Below are positions 13,490 through 27,954 of a stretch of DNA of 64,000 nucleotides, piece by piece; the first letter of the stretch is position 1, and each line of letters opens with the position of its first letter. The position numbers and the translations under genes were made by a program. This stretch comes from Eledone cirrhosa (Eukaryota). The notes beneath the pieces were generated by a model. It did no database searches. It worked only from the letters and a program-made list of their open reading frames with translations, and was not told the DNA's origin. The stretch lies in the NCBI GenBank assembly GCA_964016885.1, contig OZ024740.1, positions 221,774,001 through 221,838,000 on the forward strand, read 5' to 3'.

Positions 13490-14065
13490 ATGTGCATACA
13501 TATTTATCTAGGTTATGTTATCTAAATTCCAATGAAGGAGTCTTGTGTCTATGTTAGAAACCGACTCTCTCTATTGGTAAACATTTATAAATTTATATAT
13601 CAGAAGAACATACATACATAACCTCATACTGCCTCAGTACAAATCTTGAGAAGCTGGGTTTGACAGAACCAGAAAGAACACGATTAGTTAGGAAATTACA
13701 AGTACAATCCATTAATGGAACAGTAAAAATTTGTAAAACATTCCAAAATTTCTGCATCAAATAACTGTATATACTCTTGTACAGATACAAAGCATATGCA
13801 CATGCACACATATAACTCAAAACCTACATATCCACACATACAATAACATCCATACCTGCGCACGCATGCATACAAACATGAGGACATATCTACCTAGTTG
13901 ATGGTGTATAAATTCCAATGAGTCTTGTATGTATGTTGGAAACCGACTCTCTCTCTCCATTGGCAAAACTTTGGAAAATTATAAAACCAGAAGAACATAC
14001 AAACTTACATATATACATGCATACATACATGCATACATACATGCATACATACATGCATACATACA
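13490..14065 (+). mobile_element. Two tandem 3' ends of an RLE non-LTR retrotransposon (R4/Dong-like), each ending in (CATA)n
   Basis: 13640-13765 encodes LEKLGLTEPERTRLVRKLQVQSINGTVKICKTFQNF, homologous to the C-terminus of 19587-20261; 3' UTR repeated. Confidence 0.7.
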
Positions 14066-14419
14066 TGATGATGATGATGGCTGCCCCCTCGTTATCGAGT
14101 ATGTCCACTGCACGATGTAACATTCTTAATAATTATTAATTAATGCTATCGCGCAATGCCTGTGCGTGAAGATTTTTTTAAAGTGAGGAAAGACTGTGCA
14201 CTGAGCCAATCCCACTCTCTGAGCGAAAGTATCTATAACCCGAAAAGAAGAAAAAGCTCAACATCATCGGTAACTACTGAGCCGCAGGTTTTATGTCGGA
14301 GTTACCCCAGTTTCCTGAGTTGCCTTCTCCTAGAAGAATGCGCGGTTAAACATACATACATACATGTCTTTGTGTCCGTTAGCCGTTTGACAAAAGAGGT
14401 TGCTGAAATAATTATGAAA

Positions 14420-14865
14420 TAATCGTCATCGGGTTTAATAGTTCAGCAAAATATTCACTCCACCTTGCGAGGAAATATTTCTCTGAAGAGAGGAGAACCC
14501 GAGACGCGTCCTTGAAAGCGGTGACTAATCTCTCAGACGCTTAGGTAAAAAGAGCAGTTAAAGAGCTCAAACGTGGCAAGATAAAATCCGCCCCGAAACG
14601 TTAAACGCTTTAGATAGAGAAGTTATTCTCTGGCTGACTCGTGTGTGTCGGGTGGGCTGGTTCATTGGACAGGCACCTAAGCAATGGCAATCGGGAGTAA
14701 TGATTCCAATTTTCAAAAAGAAAGACAAGAGAGATTGTTCCAATTACAGATCTCCTTGTTAAGCCTCCGCGGTAAAGTCTATGTTAAGTCTCTGGCAAAG
14801 AGATGCAGGGAGATTGTTGAGTCCAAGCTAGCCGATGAACACTGCGGTTTTCGCCCCGGACGCTG
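14420..14865 (+). pseudogene. RTE-clade LINE RT fragment
   Basis: WQSGVMIPIFKK and ISLLSLRGKVY...ESKLADEHCGFRPGR, with frameshifts. Confidence 0.75.
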
Positions 14866-15406
14866 TAAATGTTTATAATTGCTAATAATATGTTGATTGT
14901 CCTTCAATAATCTTGCTTTTAGTGAAGCTAGCAACAGCCTTTTAACACCCAATAAAGCTTTGGTCCTCGACCGGTTACAATGATGGATGTGACAGTTGTT
15001 CGAACAATGGAACAGCCGGCCATTGAAATTAACATGTATGAAGTTTCACCATGCCGTGTGGATTACAGGTAACAACTCAGTTGTTTCCCCATAGAGAACT
15101 GGAGTAAGGTGAAACGAAGTGTCTTGTTCAAGGACACAGGAAACCTCACAACTTCAGGATCGAGAGCTGAACACCCTAACCCACATAATGTATGCATGCA
15201 TGGTACCGTGATTCCCGAGGGATTCTTAGTAAAACCGTATGTCAATACGGTGCTTCTTGGGTATTTAAAACCTGGTGGAACCCATCCCTCTCCAGGTCTG
15301 AGTACAGCAGATTTCTTCCAGAGAAAGATAGAGATGAGAGAAAGGAAGTGAGGAGGAGATATAGAGGTAGAACCGACCCTGATATATTTACTTTCCACTT
15401 CGAATG

Positions 15407-16063
15407 GATGAATGGTATAGTTAACCTCGGCGGGATTTGAATTCAGAGAGCTAAGAGTTGGAGGGAATACTGCAACGCTTTCTATCCGATGTCTTAATGA
15501 TTCTACCAACTCACGGCCTACACAATGGATATATGAACTCTAAATAGACAAAAGACCCCATTTTATTTTGGATGAATGGTATAGTTAACCTCGGCGGGAT
15601 TTGACCTCAGAAAGCTAAGAGTTGGAGGGAATACTGCAACGCTTTCTATCCGATGTCTTAATGATTCTACCAACTCACGGCCTACACAATGGATATATGA
15701 ACTCTAAATAGACAAAAGACCCCATTTTATTTTAGATGAATGGTATAGTTAACCTCGGCGGGATTTGACCTCAGAAAGCTAAGAGTTGGAGGGAATACTG
15801 CAACGCTTTCTATCCGATGTCTTAATGATTCTACCAACTCACGGCCTACACAATGGATATATGAACTCTAAATAGACAAAAGACCCTATTTTATTTTGGA
15901 TGAATGGTACAGTTAACCTCGGCGGGATTTGACCTCAGAAAGCTAAGAGTTGGAGGGAATACTGCAACGCTTTCTATCCGATGTCTTAATGATTCTACCA
16001 ACTCACGGCCTACACAATGGATATATGAACTCTAAATAGACAAAAGACCTCATTTTATTTTGA
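15407..16063. repeat. 164-bp minisatellite x4 derived from a SINE head plus flank
   Basis: Units start at 15407, 15571, 15735 and 15899; contain the reverse complement of the SINE tRNA region. Confidence 0.85.
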
Positions 16064-16526
16064 ATGGGGAGAAATACATGTAATATTGACTTCAACGAGT
16101 TTCGGAGCAACGTGAAATAAAGTGTCTTGCTCAAGGACATAACGCATCGCCCGGTCTAGGAATCGAACTCACAACCTCAAGATTGTGAATCCATGACTCC
16201 AACGAGTTTCGTTGCGCGTAGAATAATTTATTGTGTAAACTGATAAAAGTTCAAAGAACAACAAAAAAGCTGAATACTTAAAGATATGTTCTTTCATCAA
16301 AACAGTGTCTTAGTTATCTGAATATAAGTGTAACAGTTAGGTAAAGTTAGATTCAGATAACCAGTAATTCTGGTAATCTTCTTTAGAATTAATTCGAACA
16401 TTCTACGGTTTTTTCATTGATTGCAGCATTCTGCCTCTCGAGTTTTGGTTATTTTGTCATTACTTCTAGGCATATCGTGTTGTACTTCTAGCAAAACATT
16501 TGAATAAATTATTCCCTCCTTCTCTC

Positions 16527-16560
<34 letters not shown>

Positions 16561-16621
16561 ACACAATCCCTCTCTCTCTCGCCTATTCACACTCATAAAC
16601 AGACACATGCGTGCACACACG

Positions 16622-16659
<38 letters not shown>

Positions 16660-16747
16660 GAGAGAGAGAGGGATATTTATAGCTATCCCTCTCTCTCTAT
16701 ATATAGCCATATATAAATATATATATCCCTGTATCTATATAACACAC

Positions 16748-16828
<81 letters not shown>

Positions 16829-18084
16829 CTTGCGTGCCTCTATATGTGTGAACAGCTAATGTAACATTTATTAATTGTATCATTAAATCCGTGGTAAAAC
16901 AATTACTCCAATTTTCGAGATCTTTTTACATTTGCCGCCGCTTCTTTTGCCACCAATTATGCTCACTTACCAAACACAGAACAGATCTACCAGTTTTTAT
17001 TGTACAAAAATTTTCTGAATAGCAATAAATTCCATCTCGTAGATAATAGGTGGTAACTCAGTCTGGATCAAAAGATATATATGCAATAATCAATAGGTAC
17101 AACTTTCAATTTTATTTAGATCATTCATACAGCGTCAAAACCAACACAAGGTGTGTATTTAACATCAGGTTAGGTAAGTTATTGGTTAAGGCGAAAAAAT
17201 ACATAAAAGAATAAAAACTACATCTTTAGAAGACGTATATGGTTAATGCAATAAAAAATGTAAAGGGCCATTAACTATTGATGGTGTCGTAAGGGTGCAC
17301 CGTTCTGAGACAAAGCACGTCTAGAGAATTTAAAACCTGGTGGAGCACATCCAACTCTATGTCGGACCAGCCAATTTCTTACAGAAAAAGAAACATTGAG
17401 AGAATCTACCCCAGTACAGTACTGGTACTATATCGACGCCGAAATGTTAACTTCGGATGGATTTGAACTCAGAGAGCTGGAACAAATACCAAAGTACTTG
17501 TAATTCGACACTATAGAGGTTCTGCCAATATATGGTCTTTAATGGAGTGTTTGTTTAAAACAAGAAAATATTTTAAAATTTGTAAATATTTGAAAGTATT
17601 TTCTTAAGATGAGATTTTCAAACTCAAAACCCTTACATACCGGTGTAAGAATATTTGTATGCATTACTGTATATACAGCTCCCGACATAGCTGTGTGGTG
17701 AAGGAGTTCGTTTCTGGGTTCAGTTCCATTGTGCGTCACCTTTGACAAATAACCTACTATAGCCTCGGGTTGTCCAATGTTTAGTGAGTGCAAATCACTC
17801 GTATATACATGGGGTGGGGGGTGGGGTGTATGCGTTTGTGTATGTGTGTACATTTGAATCTCGTGTATTTCTCTACCGTAACATAGAGCTTCGACAGAAT
17901 AAAAAACACACAAAACAATTGATCGTTCAAATAAGTACCAGACTTGAAAAAATATATTTGGGATCAAGACAGTGCCCCAGCATGACCACAGTCTAATGAC
18001 TGAAACCAAGAAAAGTGTAAAAGAAATATCATTATATTAAATTGCTTCAAAATAATAAGAACATGGGATTGACAGGAGAGGATT

Positions 18085-18955
18085 TAATTACGATTTCCTA
18101 TCAATGCACAAAGTCTGCCATTTGTGGGTAGAGGAAAATCGATTATATCGACTCCAGGTTTTAAGCAGAATTTCATTTTATTGAAGTAGAAGACTGAAAG
18201 GCAAAGTTGACCTCGGCGGGATTTGAACTCAGAATGTAAAGAGCAGAAACAAATACTGCAAAGCATTTTAACCGACACCCTTACGATACTTCCAATCCAC
18301 CACCCTAGGATAGGATATTAATAATTTCTGATTTAGGCATAAGGGGAAAGTCGATTAAATCGACCTCAGTGGATTACTGGTACTTTATTTTATCAACCCC
18401 GTAAGGATGAAAGGCAAAGTTAACCCCGGCGGGATTTGAACTCAGATCATAAAGGGACGTAACTCTATGCGTCAAAGCATTGTGTCCGACTCTCTATCGA
18501 TACTGCCAAAACGGTTTCTTATATAGGTAAAAGGCCATCAATTTGGGGTGAGGGGAAAGTCGATTAAATCGACACCAGTGCCTGACTAGTACTTTATTTT
18601 ATCGACCCCGTAAGGATGAAAGGCAAATTTAACCTTGGCGGGATTTGAATTCAGATCATAAAGCGCCGTAACTCTATGCTTTAAAGCATGGTGTCCGACG
18701 CTCTAACGATTCTGCCAATCCAACGCTCTACTCTCTGTCCTAATAATGATTTCTAGTATAGGCACAAGGCCAGTAATTTTGGGGGAGGAGAAAGTCGATT
18801 AAATCGACCCCAGTGCGTGACTGGTACTGTATTTTATCGACATCGTAAGGATGAAAGGCAAAGCTAACATCGGCGGGATTAGAACTCAGAATGTAAAGGG
18901 CCGTAACTCTATGCTACAAAGCATGTTGTCCGAAGCACTACCGATACTGCCAATA
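18085..18955 (-). mobile_element. Cluster of four head-to-tail SINE copies
   Basis: Repeated aaggcaaag.t.ac..cggcgggattt.aactcaga motif at ~18200, 18415, 18622 and 18856. Confidence 0.8.
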
Positions 18956-18995
18956 ATAATGATAACAATACAAATATATATACATATTATACATC

Positions 18996-19027
<32 letters not shown>

Positions 19028-19033
19028 TGTATG

Positions 19034-19437
19034 TTCTGGTTTTATAATTTTATAAATTTTTACCAATAATAAGAGTCTGTTTCTAACATAGATACAAGAC
19101 TCTCTCATTGGAATTTAAACAACATCAACTAGGTAGATATGTCTGCATGTCTGTATGCATGCATGTGTGTGCAGGTATGGATGTTATTTTATGTATGGAT
19201 GTGTATGTTTTGAGTTATATGTGTGCATGTGCATATGTTTTGTATTTGTACATGTGTACATGCAGTATTTACATGCAGAATTTTTGGAATGTTTTACATA
19301 TTTTTTCCGTTCGATTAATGGATTGTACTTGTAATTTCCTAACTAGCCGTGTTCTTTCTGGTTCTGTGAAGCCTAGCTTCTCAAGATTGTACTGAGGCGG
19401 TTACGAACACAACACAGTGCCCCAATAAGCACAGGTG
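19034..19437 (-). mobile_element. 3' end of RLE LINE (same family as 13620-14000), between (ATGT)n arrays
   Basis: Inverted homology to 13625-14000; ends directly in (CATA)n. Confidence 0.7.
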
Positions 19438-19586
19438 TATGTATGTACGTATGTATGTATGTATGTATGTATGTATGTATGTATGTATGTATGTATGTAT
19501 GTATGTTATCTCTTTCTCTTAATTTCGAGTATATTTTTTTGACCGGCCACCTTCCTGGTGGCAAGGTTGTAAAAGAAAAGAAATTG

Positions 19587-20261
19587 TCATCCCTTGAATC
19601 GCAAGAATGTTTTGCAAATTTTGAAGGTGCCAGCTATCGCAGCCATTTGTAGACTATGAATTAGGGAGCTGCGCTCTTTGTCCACAAATCCAAGTTCAGT
19701 CATACTTTGGTCCAAGCGGGTTGGTATATAACCCGTAGCTCCAATAATGATGGGTATGAAGTTAAAGTTGTATCTTGGATACTGGATTTGTAAACTCCTC
19801 ATCAATGGTCCGTAGATGTCCTCCTTCTCCTGTATTTTTCTGACAACGTTTACATCAAGTGGGCAGCTGATCTCCACAACAGAACACGTTTTCAATGTGT
19901 GGTCCCAAACAACAATATTAGTCCGGTTGTGCTTTAATTTGGTGGCAGTTTTTATTTTCAGGTTCCACCAGTATTCCTTAGTGCCATCAATCTCAATATA
20001 TTCTTCCTCGTTTGTTGTTAATTTTGTTTTCCGAAGTGCGTTCCAGAGGGTTCTAGCTATCCCATCGTGTCTCATGGGGAGGTAGTGGCGAGATGACATT
20101 CTTTCGCAGCTGGCAACAATGTGGCTTACATCCTCGATCTTTGTTTTACATAGCCTACATTTATTGTCAGCTGCTGGCCCTCCCCTTTTGTGCAGCAGAT
20201 ATTTGGTAGGGAGTTCTTGTTCCTGTATTGCATAGAGATATCCCTCAAAGGGTGATGTCAT
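19587..20261 (-). pseudogene. C-terminus of RLE non-LTR retrotransposon ORF (CCHC finger plus restriction-like endonuclease), R4/Dong- or HERO-like
   Basis: AIQEQ, CRLCKTKIEDVSHIVASC, RHD, HNRTNIVVWD..VVEISCP (PD mutated), PIIIGATG; fragment 19506-20309 is bounded by (ATGT)n. Confidence 0.85.
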
Positions 20262-22701
20262 AAACTTGTCGGAACTCCATGCCAGGCTTTTTGAGTGGTT
20301 TATCCCTTCTATGTATGTATGTATGTATGTATGTATGTATGTATGTATGTATGTATGTATGTATGTATGTATGTATGTGTGTTTGTGTCTGTGTTTTTTG
20401 TGTCTGTGTTTATGTTTATGGCCTATAGCTTAGAGGATCCACTAAACGAGATCGAGAAAATAAGTACCAGACATGAACATATAAGTACCGGGGTCGATAT
20501 GATTGACTTTTAAGGTTGTATCCCAGACTGGCCGCAGTCGAATGACTGACACCAGTAAAAGAATAGTTTACAGAATGTTCTTTCATTGTGTTGTTTCACT
20601 AACAATATCAAAGTCATTATTACGCGTTGAAAAGAAAAATATATATGTGTATATTTCATCTTGTAAAAGATGAGAACTAAATTGTAAGGTTTTATCAAAA
20701 GCGTGAAGAAAATGACATATAAATAAACAAATAAATAAATAAACAAACAATAAGCTATATCTAACCATGCAGACTGAATTCTACTCAAGAAAGTTTAAAA
20801 TAAACAGACAGAAGAATTTTATAAACAAATTTAAAGGAAAAAATACTTAACAGTAAATATATGATGCACATTACATTTTATAAAAAGTGAAAATCTTACC
20901 GGTAGTACTCAGACCATACAAAGACATAATCAAGGACAGTATGATAATAAATCTTTTTAACCCGATTGTGCGAAGACTTTTTCCAAAGCAAAGACGCATA
21001 GTGTAATTTGGTTCCTACAGGATGACGTGATGTCCTTTCAAGCTACATGGGACTGGGGGCAATTAACTTTTTCTCTGTGTATTTCGTGCAGACGAACATT
21101 TGACACGGCATGTGTCTGTATATGTAAGGTCGCTTTCACTCATATAAGTGTGTGTAAGATTTCCCTTTTTGTATCTCCTATCAGACGTGCAGCAGCAAGT
21201 CACTAATGGCAGATATGGTGTAACCTTTATAGCTAATTGCGCTCAACTTGTGAATTAACACTCTACTGCTGTTTTATGTGAACTCTACCTCATACTACTG
21301 TGGACTGTTTTTCCTTCCGTAATTTTCACGTATAATTCACTTTTGCTTCTTTCTTTTTTGCTTCAATTTATTTCTCTTTAACGTACATACATCTAAGAAT
21401 ATTCATGTAGCATAGTGCGTGTGACACCATGTCAATCTGCTATTAATATATTATATTAAAAAGCAACCTTTTTTTGTTTTGTTTACCAGTTATGTTTACC
21501 ATTTATGTAAATCGATTGTTATGAGGATATCTTCAAACACCCGAATGTTTAAACTGCACAAATATGTATTATAAATCACATTTACAATATATTTTAAAGT
21601 TCTAGATGTGTATCCTGCGTGCTTTTGTGTAGATATACAAGAAATCTGTCACAAAAGTCAACAAATTATGAGAATATAGTTTAGATTGAACAAGAGGGAC
21701 TGGTCATGGATGAAATGTCTTCGGTCAAAGGTTTGCTCAATCAGAGAGCTAAGCTTGAGAGACAAGGTTCTTGGATACTAAGTTGCGTGAGAATTATGGA
21801 TATGTGCAAAGAGCTAACGAGTAATGAACTGTAGTATCAGCTTAGGTGGTCTTCTCAGAAAAAAATAGCAAGAAGATCTTTAATGACGATAAGGAAAAAT
21901 GAGGGCTATAGATAATTAACTCGTATCAAATAGAACCCGTTGCATGGGGGATGTTTAATATAAAACTTCTCATCCAAATGGGGTCGGGGGGGGGGGATAC
22001 CACAGGAGGGCAAATTAACATGGCGGTTCTCGTTTTACTGCTGGCAAGTGCAATAATATTTTTTTCACTAAAGTGCTCAAAGAGAAGAGACCAATAATAT
22101 ATGATAGAGGAATGCATACTATAGGTAGATATGGCTGTGCGGAAATTATGCAGAAGCTCAATGAGAAATGAGAGTGCGCTTCACTATAATGGAAAAGGTG
22201 GTTGTTTACGAATTTTTGGTACGTTTGGAATGGTGGAAGTGAGAGAAACAAGTGAGTAGTTGTCACTGTTAAGAGCATTTCTTTTATTGGGAATGGTATT
22301 ACTGCTCTGTGCTTCCTTATAATGAGACACATCCCTGTAGGAAAGGAAACTTGAAATGTTTGATGAGAGAAACTATATTCGGGGCAGAATATTGGAAGAG
22401 ACACTGGCAAGAGATGATAGGATACGTGTAATAGAACAATATTTTAGATTTTTTGGCGGGACTATGTATAGTAAGAAAAAAAAAAAGATTGGAACCTAAA
22501 AGGGTAAGAAATTTGATGTCGTTATCAGTTAAAGTGTTACTTGCACAGTAATGTTTGCTTATTGAGTGTAGTGTGAAAGATTATTGGGCAAAATAGCGAC
22601 TCTCTTGAAATAAGGCAAGAAAGCTCAGACGCAGACATGACATGCACACAAATATTCACTGCGTTGTTGATGTAGGTATCGCAAAAGGGAATAAACTCCT
22701 T

Positions 22702-22795
22702 ATACAGTGGAACTTCAGTGCACGAATTTAATTCTTTCCTAAAGGCGGTTTGTCATCCGAAATATTCATAAACCGAAACAATTTTCCCATACCAA
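22702..22795 (+). mobile_element. Tigger/pogo-like terminal fragment
   Basis: ta-cagtggaacttcagtgcacgaa TIR-like start. Confidence 0.45.
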
Positions 22796-23230
22796 ATGTT
22801 GAGAGAGAAATACAGTGAGAGTGAAACTGTGTGGGAAAGAGTGGTAGATATCACCATCTAAACTATAATAAAGTAAGGCGTGCGGGACTGCGTACGATTT
22901 ATTTCTTTTAATCCAGTTAGGAAAATAAGTTGGATTACTTTGAATAAATAATTGTTTCTACATTTGGCACAAGGCCAGCAATTATCCCAGTGTATTACTG
23001 GTACTTTATTTTATCGACCCCGTAAGGATGAAAGGCAAAGTTAACCTCGGCGGGATTTGAACTTTGAATAAATAATGAATGAATATTACATAATTTATCT
23101 ACTAAATTTCGTAGCTGTTGATTAAATATATTTTATTCCTTATTTAAAGATTCACTTCCAGTTAGCGATCGCTTAAATAAACATTCATATATTTCTGTCA
23201 CTAATTTTCTCCTAATGCAGTTTATATATA

Positions 23231-23262
23231 ACTAGCAGCTGCGCCCGGTTGCACCCGGGGCC
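23231..23262 (-). mobile_element. Helitron-like 3' end
   Basis: Reverse complement reads cccgggtgcaaccggg hairpin then ..ctgCTAG|t. Confidence 0.55.
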
Positions 23263-24544
23263 ACTTTTTATTAAATTAATAATTTGAAAAATATTATTGA
23301 AAGTTTATTATAAAGAAGCAGTTTCAGGAAAAAAAATAGAAATATGCACTTGGGGCTGGACGGCGTACAATGAGAAGCGTTGTTTATTAACAGCGAAATA
23401 GCAATGTCGATGATATGCAATTTAAAAAATACTACTTACTGTTAGTGGTGGTTAACATGTATTAGAATTAAAATAAAAACACGCGTCCCTTCTTCGCAAT
23501 TTAAGGGTTTTATTTCTTTTGATGGAAAATAGTGACCGTACTGCAGAATCGATTTCATAAAACGGCACTGTAAGATCGTTAAATGTAGAAGGATGATAGT
23601 TTATTAACAGCGAAATAGCAATGTCGATGATATGCAAGTTTTAAAATGCATATTATGAAGGTTTGTATGATAGTTTACACTTTTTCCTGAAACTGCTTCT
23701 TTATAATAAACTTTCAATATTTTTCAAATTATTGGTACTGTATGTTAACAGCGAAAGAACGTTGATGAGTTTAAACATTTGTATGAAATTGTAAATAACT
23801 CAGCCAAGTATTAGAACAGGGGGAAATAACTCACCGAACGGGATAGTAAATAGAGATTTGAAACCTCGTCTATTTGCTTCCTTGGCACTTTTTACATAGG
23901 CGTGTACATTTTCATGTCCGTCCGACCACGTCTACTACCATTTAACCGTGCACATCTGAATTTCAGCCACCACCCATTTCACAAATATATATTAGATATC
24001 GTCTTTTTTTTAATGTATCATGGATTACGTTACTGATTACATAAGCGAGTGTAACGCAGTCTTCGTTCAATTTCTGTGTATCAATTATTTCATGTATCAT
24101 ATCTACATGCATATTTACTTGCGTATAATATCAATATGCATACTACACATGCTAGCAGAAAACAACCCGAAGGGTGGTTTTTCTGCTACTATATATGCTC
24201 ACTCCACTTTTCCCTTCACTGTATACACACATACACGCCCTTATATCAACATACTTTTGCACATAGCTTCGTACTTACATGCACACACACTCTTTCACTC
24301 ACATATACACACACATTTCTTCTTAGCTTCGGACGGACGTATAATAACACACACACACGCACACACACACATGCTTACGCACGTGCTCAAGTATAGCTCT
24401 TTTTACAAAACGGTTTTTTTTCCATTTCAGGTCCACTTAAAAAAAAAAATCATACACAAAACGCCAGCACCAACAGTTTTGCAAGAGATGTCAACATGAA
24501 TGGACCTGTTTTTTTTTTATCTAAAGACCTTTTTTCGAATTCCA

Positions 24545-24702
24545 TCCCGCCCGTCCCCTCAATCTATCATATTTCTAATTCTTTCTTCTGATGAAGGAGT
24601 CGCGTCCGAAATGTTAAGACCCTCTTCCTGCTATATCAAGGGTTAACCTAATATATCCCTTCCATATACTGTACCGATTGTGTTTTATTTCTGTTTACCT
24701 TT

Positions 24703-24712
<10 letters not shown>
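24545..24712 (+). mobile_element. Penelope-like pLTR fragment with minimal HHR (24584-24619)
   Basis: tctt-CTGATGA-aggagtcgcgtcc-GAAA-tg-TT-aaga; homologous to 37335-37497; ends in microsatellite. Confidence 0.7.
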
Positions 24713-24739
<27 letters not shown>

Positions 24740-25809
24740 TGTGTTCGGAAAAGATTGTTTTGGTAAAAACAGGAGTAAGCAGGAGAAAGCTCTCAACAAT
24801 CGTTGTTTTAGTTACGATGGAGAATTTTATAAAAATAATAAAATAAGATGCTGAGGTTAAATATATCGGTTAATCATAATAAATATTTCTACGGTTCTCC
24901 ATGCAATCAAGATGTCCTTCATGCATTTGCTGTTGATTATGAGAACGGTTTTGTCAGATGAAGATCGATATATTTGATATGCCGCTGGCAGAAAAACACA
25001 CATCCTAATGCCTGTGCGCCCAGCATACATTGAGTTCCTTGAAGGGTTTGCCAGCCGTCGCGTTTGTTAGAGAAAGCTATCAACGAAAAAAGACGAAAAG
25101 AACAAAGAACTGTGTGCAACCAAAACCCAGCAGACAGTTGAAGGAAAACAAGGAGCTCTGAGGGCGGGTGGGGTGGGGGTGGGGGGGGGTATACATTTAG
25201 TTGACGACCACCTATAGACAACAACAACAATAACAACAACAACGACAACTACAACAACAACAATGACAATAACAACAAACCGCCGACCAAAGTTATCAAT
25301 ACTGGTCGCAATAGTCGTGCTGATACCATTACCCTATTGACAACACCAACTAAAACAACAGCTACAGTAAAAACACTTAAAACGACAACAGCAGCGAAAA
25401 CACAGACCAGCGTCATGTATACAGGTCGTAGTCGTCACAGTGACGGTGCCACCCTGTTGACCGTAAACAGCGATGACGCCAAAGCTTAGAAAGGAGTTTA
25501 GAGGTAGGTGGGTACACAGAGTTGGTGGTATCAATCACCATGACCATAAACAGTAACAACAACAATGACAACAAACACCAACACCGCCCATCACCCATCC
25601 CGTTCATCGCAGTAGTGGTGGTATCCACTATGTCAGTATTAAGCCATTGGTAACACCAATAACAACAACAAGACCAGCGATGACCCCACCACGGCGACGG
25701 CGGCAACAGGAAAAAAGCCACGCTTCCATGAAAATTAAACTAACCACAACAGTAGTCCGTTGGAACAAGGAGGTGAAGATGGGATAGAAACATAGATGGG
25801 TATTTATAT

Positions 25810-26960
25810 ATATAAAAATATTTCTAGTTAATACAATGCTCCTCTATCATTGGAAGACACAAGGCCAGCAATGATCATAGCATTCAGTCCTAACCACAGT
25901 GGCAACAATACTATTAAAAGGGCTGTTAGACCATGGAAGAGAGTTACGGGAAGCGAAAGTAGGGACAGGAACAAGCAGATAAGAAACGAGAACACATATA
26001 GAGAACACAATAATAAAGGAACGGGACAGAATACATAAAAAACAGAAGTAGGTATATAGACAGAGGAATAGGGAACAAAGGACAAGAAACAAGTACACAT
26101 AGAGTCTCCAGGTGTGCAAACAAGACATACAGGTTTCGCCTGACGCTTGGCATGCTGCGTGGCCTGCCCGGCTTCCACGGACAAGATTACAAAAGTGTTC
26201 AACTAACACCACTACATTGCTAGTCCGTACAGTTTGAGGAAGGTTCCAGAAGATCTGTGGAGGCAGGTCCTGAAGAGGTTACTCCTTTTATTGATAACTC
26301 GAGCTTCCCTCTTGATTATTTCCATAATCTCGGTGGCAAACAAATCACACGAGTCATATCCACCCTCTCTGTAGGGTTGAGCCGATGCTACCTTGGACCA
26401 CGACATGGTGAATTCTACGTTATCCCGTTTGAGACGCCACACTAGTTCCTAGAGGGCGGTGCTGTATTGAATCTTTAAGGATGTGTTACCCTACGTATGT
26501 GAAGAGTAGATTACCAGCAGACTATGCAAACCCAACTATTAGTGATTAAGCTTTAACAAGTAGAAATGTGATATCCAGCAACATCGTTGTGATATCCATG
26601 CTTCAAAGCATAGTGAAATATATAGAACGCTCTGATCATCACACTGTATCTCTAACATACTTCAAGTCGTTCCGACACACCTTGCCACTGATCCAAGAAG
26701 TCAATCTGGTTGTCTTGCTCAGCCCACTCTCACTATAATCCAAGTCTAGTGGAGGTGAAGAAAAGAATTTCATGGAACACAAACAGGCAGTGCCGATGGA
26801 CCTGCCATCGCGATACTGTAACAGTTAGGTACCATCACACTCGTAATTTCCTCACTCGTGAGGGCACACAGACTTGATATTAGCGGTGACACAGTCGCGG
26901 TTCTCCAATTATCTGGCTGGCTATGTCCTCTACTTTTGGTGCTCTTTAAGAAATGCCGTT
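25810..26960 (-). pseudogene. Highly degenerate R2/NeSL-like non-LTR remnant
   Basis: QPDNWRTATVSPLISSL resembles RT NWRPITV; weak RLE-like segment at 26212-26442. Confidence 0.3.
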
Positions 26961-27633
26961 TGTTCTTAATCGTTAGAGACTTATTCTTCTCCGACAATGA
27001 AATACAAATAAGATCATCCTCATCATTATCAGTTTTATAATGTTTGTTAATATTGTTATCACTGTTGTCATAAATACTATCACAATGATTTCTGATTTAG
27101 ACTCAAGGCCAACAATTTGGAGGAGTGGAAATTCGATTAAATCGAACCAGTGTATTACTGGTGCTTTATTTTATCGACCTCGTAAGGATGAAAGGCAAAA
27201 TATGTATAATTTTTATTATTCACAGTTGTATAAATAGCATTACAAATTGTTTATAATTCTTACAGAATGACACGTATATAAATACAATTAATTATTGCTA
27301 GGAATAATAAAATGTATTTATATTTTGACGTGGAAAAAAAAATCCTCGACGGGATTTGAACTCAGAACGTAAAGGATCATAGCTCTATACTACAAAGCAT
27401 GTTGTCCGACGCTCTACCGATTACTGCCAATACACGACCCTTTCATAAGTATAATCATAATAATCGTTGTTATTGATGTTAATTCAAATCTTCATCACGT
27501 AAAACTTAATAAATATAGATTTATTTATTAACATATAGTAGGTTGTGAACATTTTGACGCTTTAGAAAGCCACTATACTACAAGTTGGATATGTGTGTGT
27601 ATGCGGTAATAAAGAAGAGTTTAATTAGATTAT

Positions 27634-27930
27634 ACGTGAAGGCGCGTGGCTTTGTGGTTAGGGTAATTGGTTCACGATCGTAAGGTCTTGAGTTCGATTC
27701 CCTGCGGTGCGTTGGGTCCTTGAGTAAGACACTATATTTCACGTTGCTCCAGTCTATTTACCTGTAATTTGAAGGGCCAGCCTTGTCACATTCCACGCTG
27801 AATCTCCCTGAAAACTACATTAAAGGAATGTGTGAATGCTCAGCTACTTGCACGGTCATTTCCCAAGCTGGCTCTTCCGTTGATCGTTTCAACTGGAACA
27901 CTCGTCGTCGTAACCGACGGAGTGCCAATA
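27634..27930 (+). mobile_element. CORE-type tRNA SINE (second family)
   Basis: tggctttgtggttag A box, gagttcgattcc B box, tccttgagtaagacact core; TSD ttaattagattat at 27621 and 27931. Confidence 0.7.
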
Positions 27931-27954
27931 TTAATTAGATTATGTCGCTGATAA

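Noticed and set aside
13640-13680. TTGAGAA...GAAA as an HHR
   Set aside because: Better explained as RLE LINE coding sequence; no stem I
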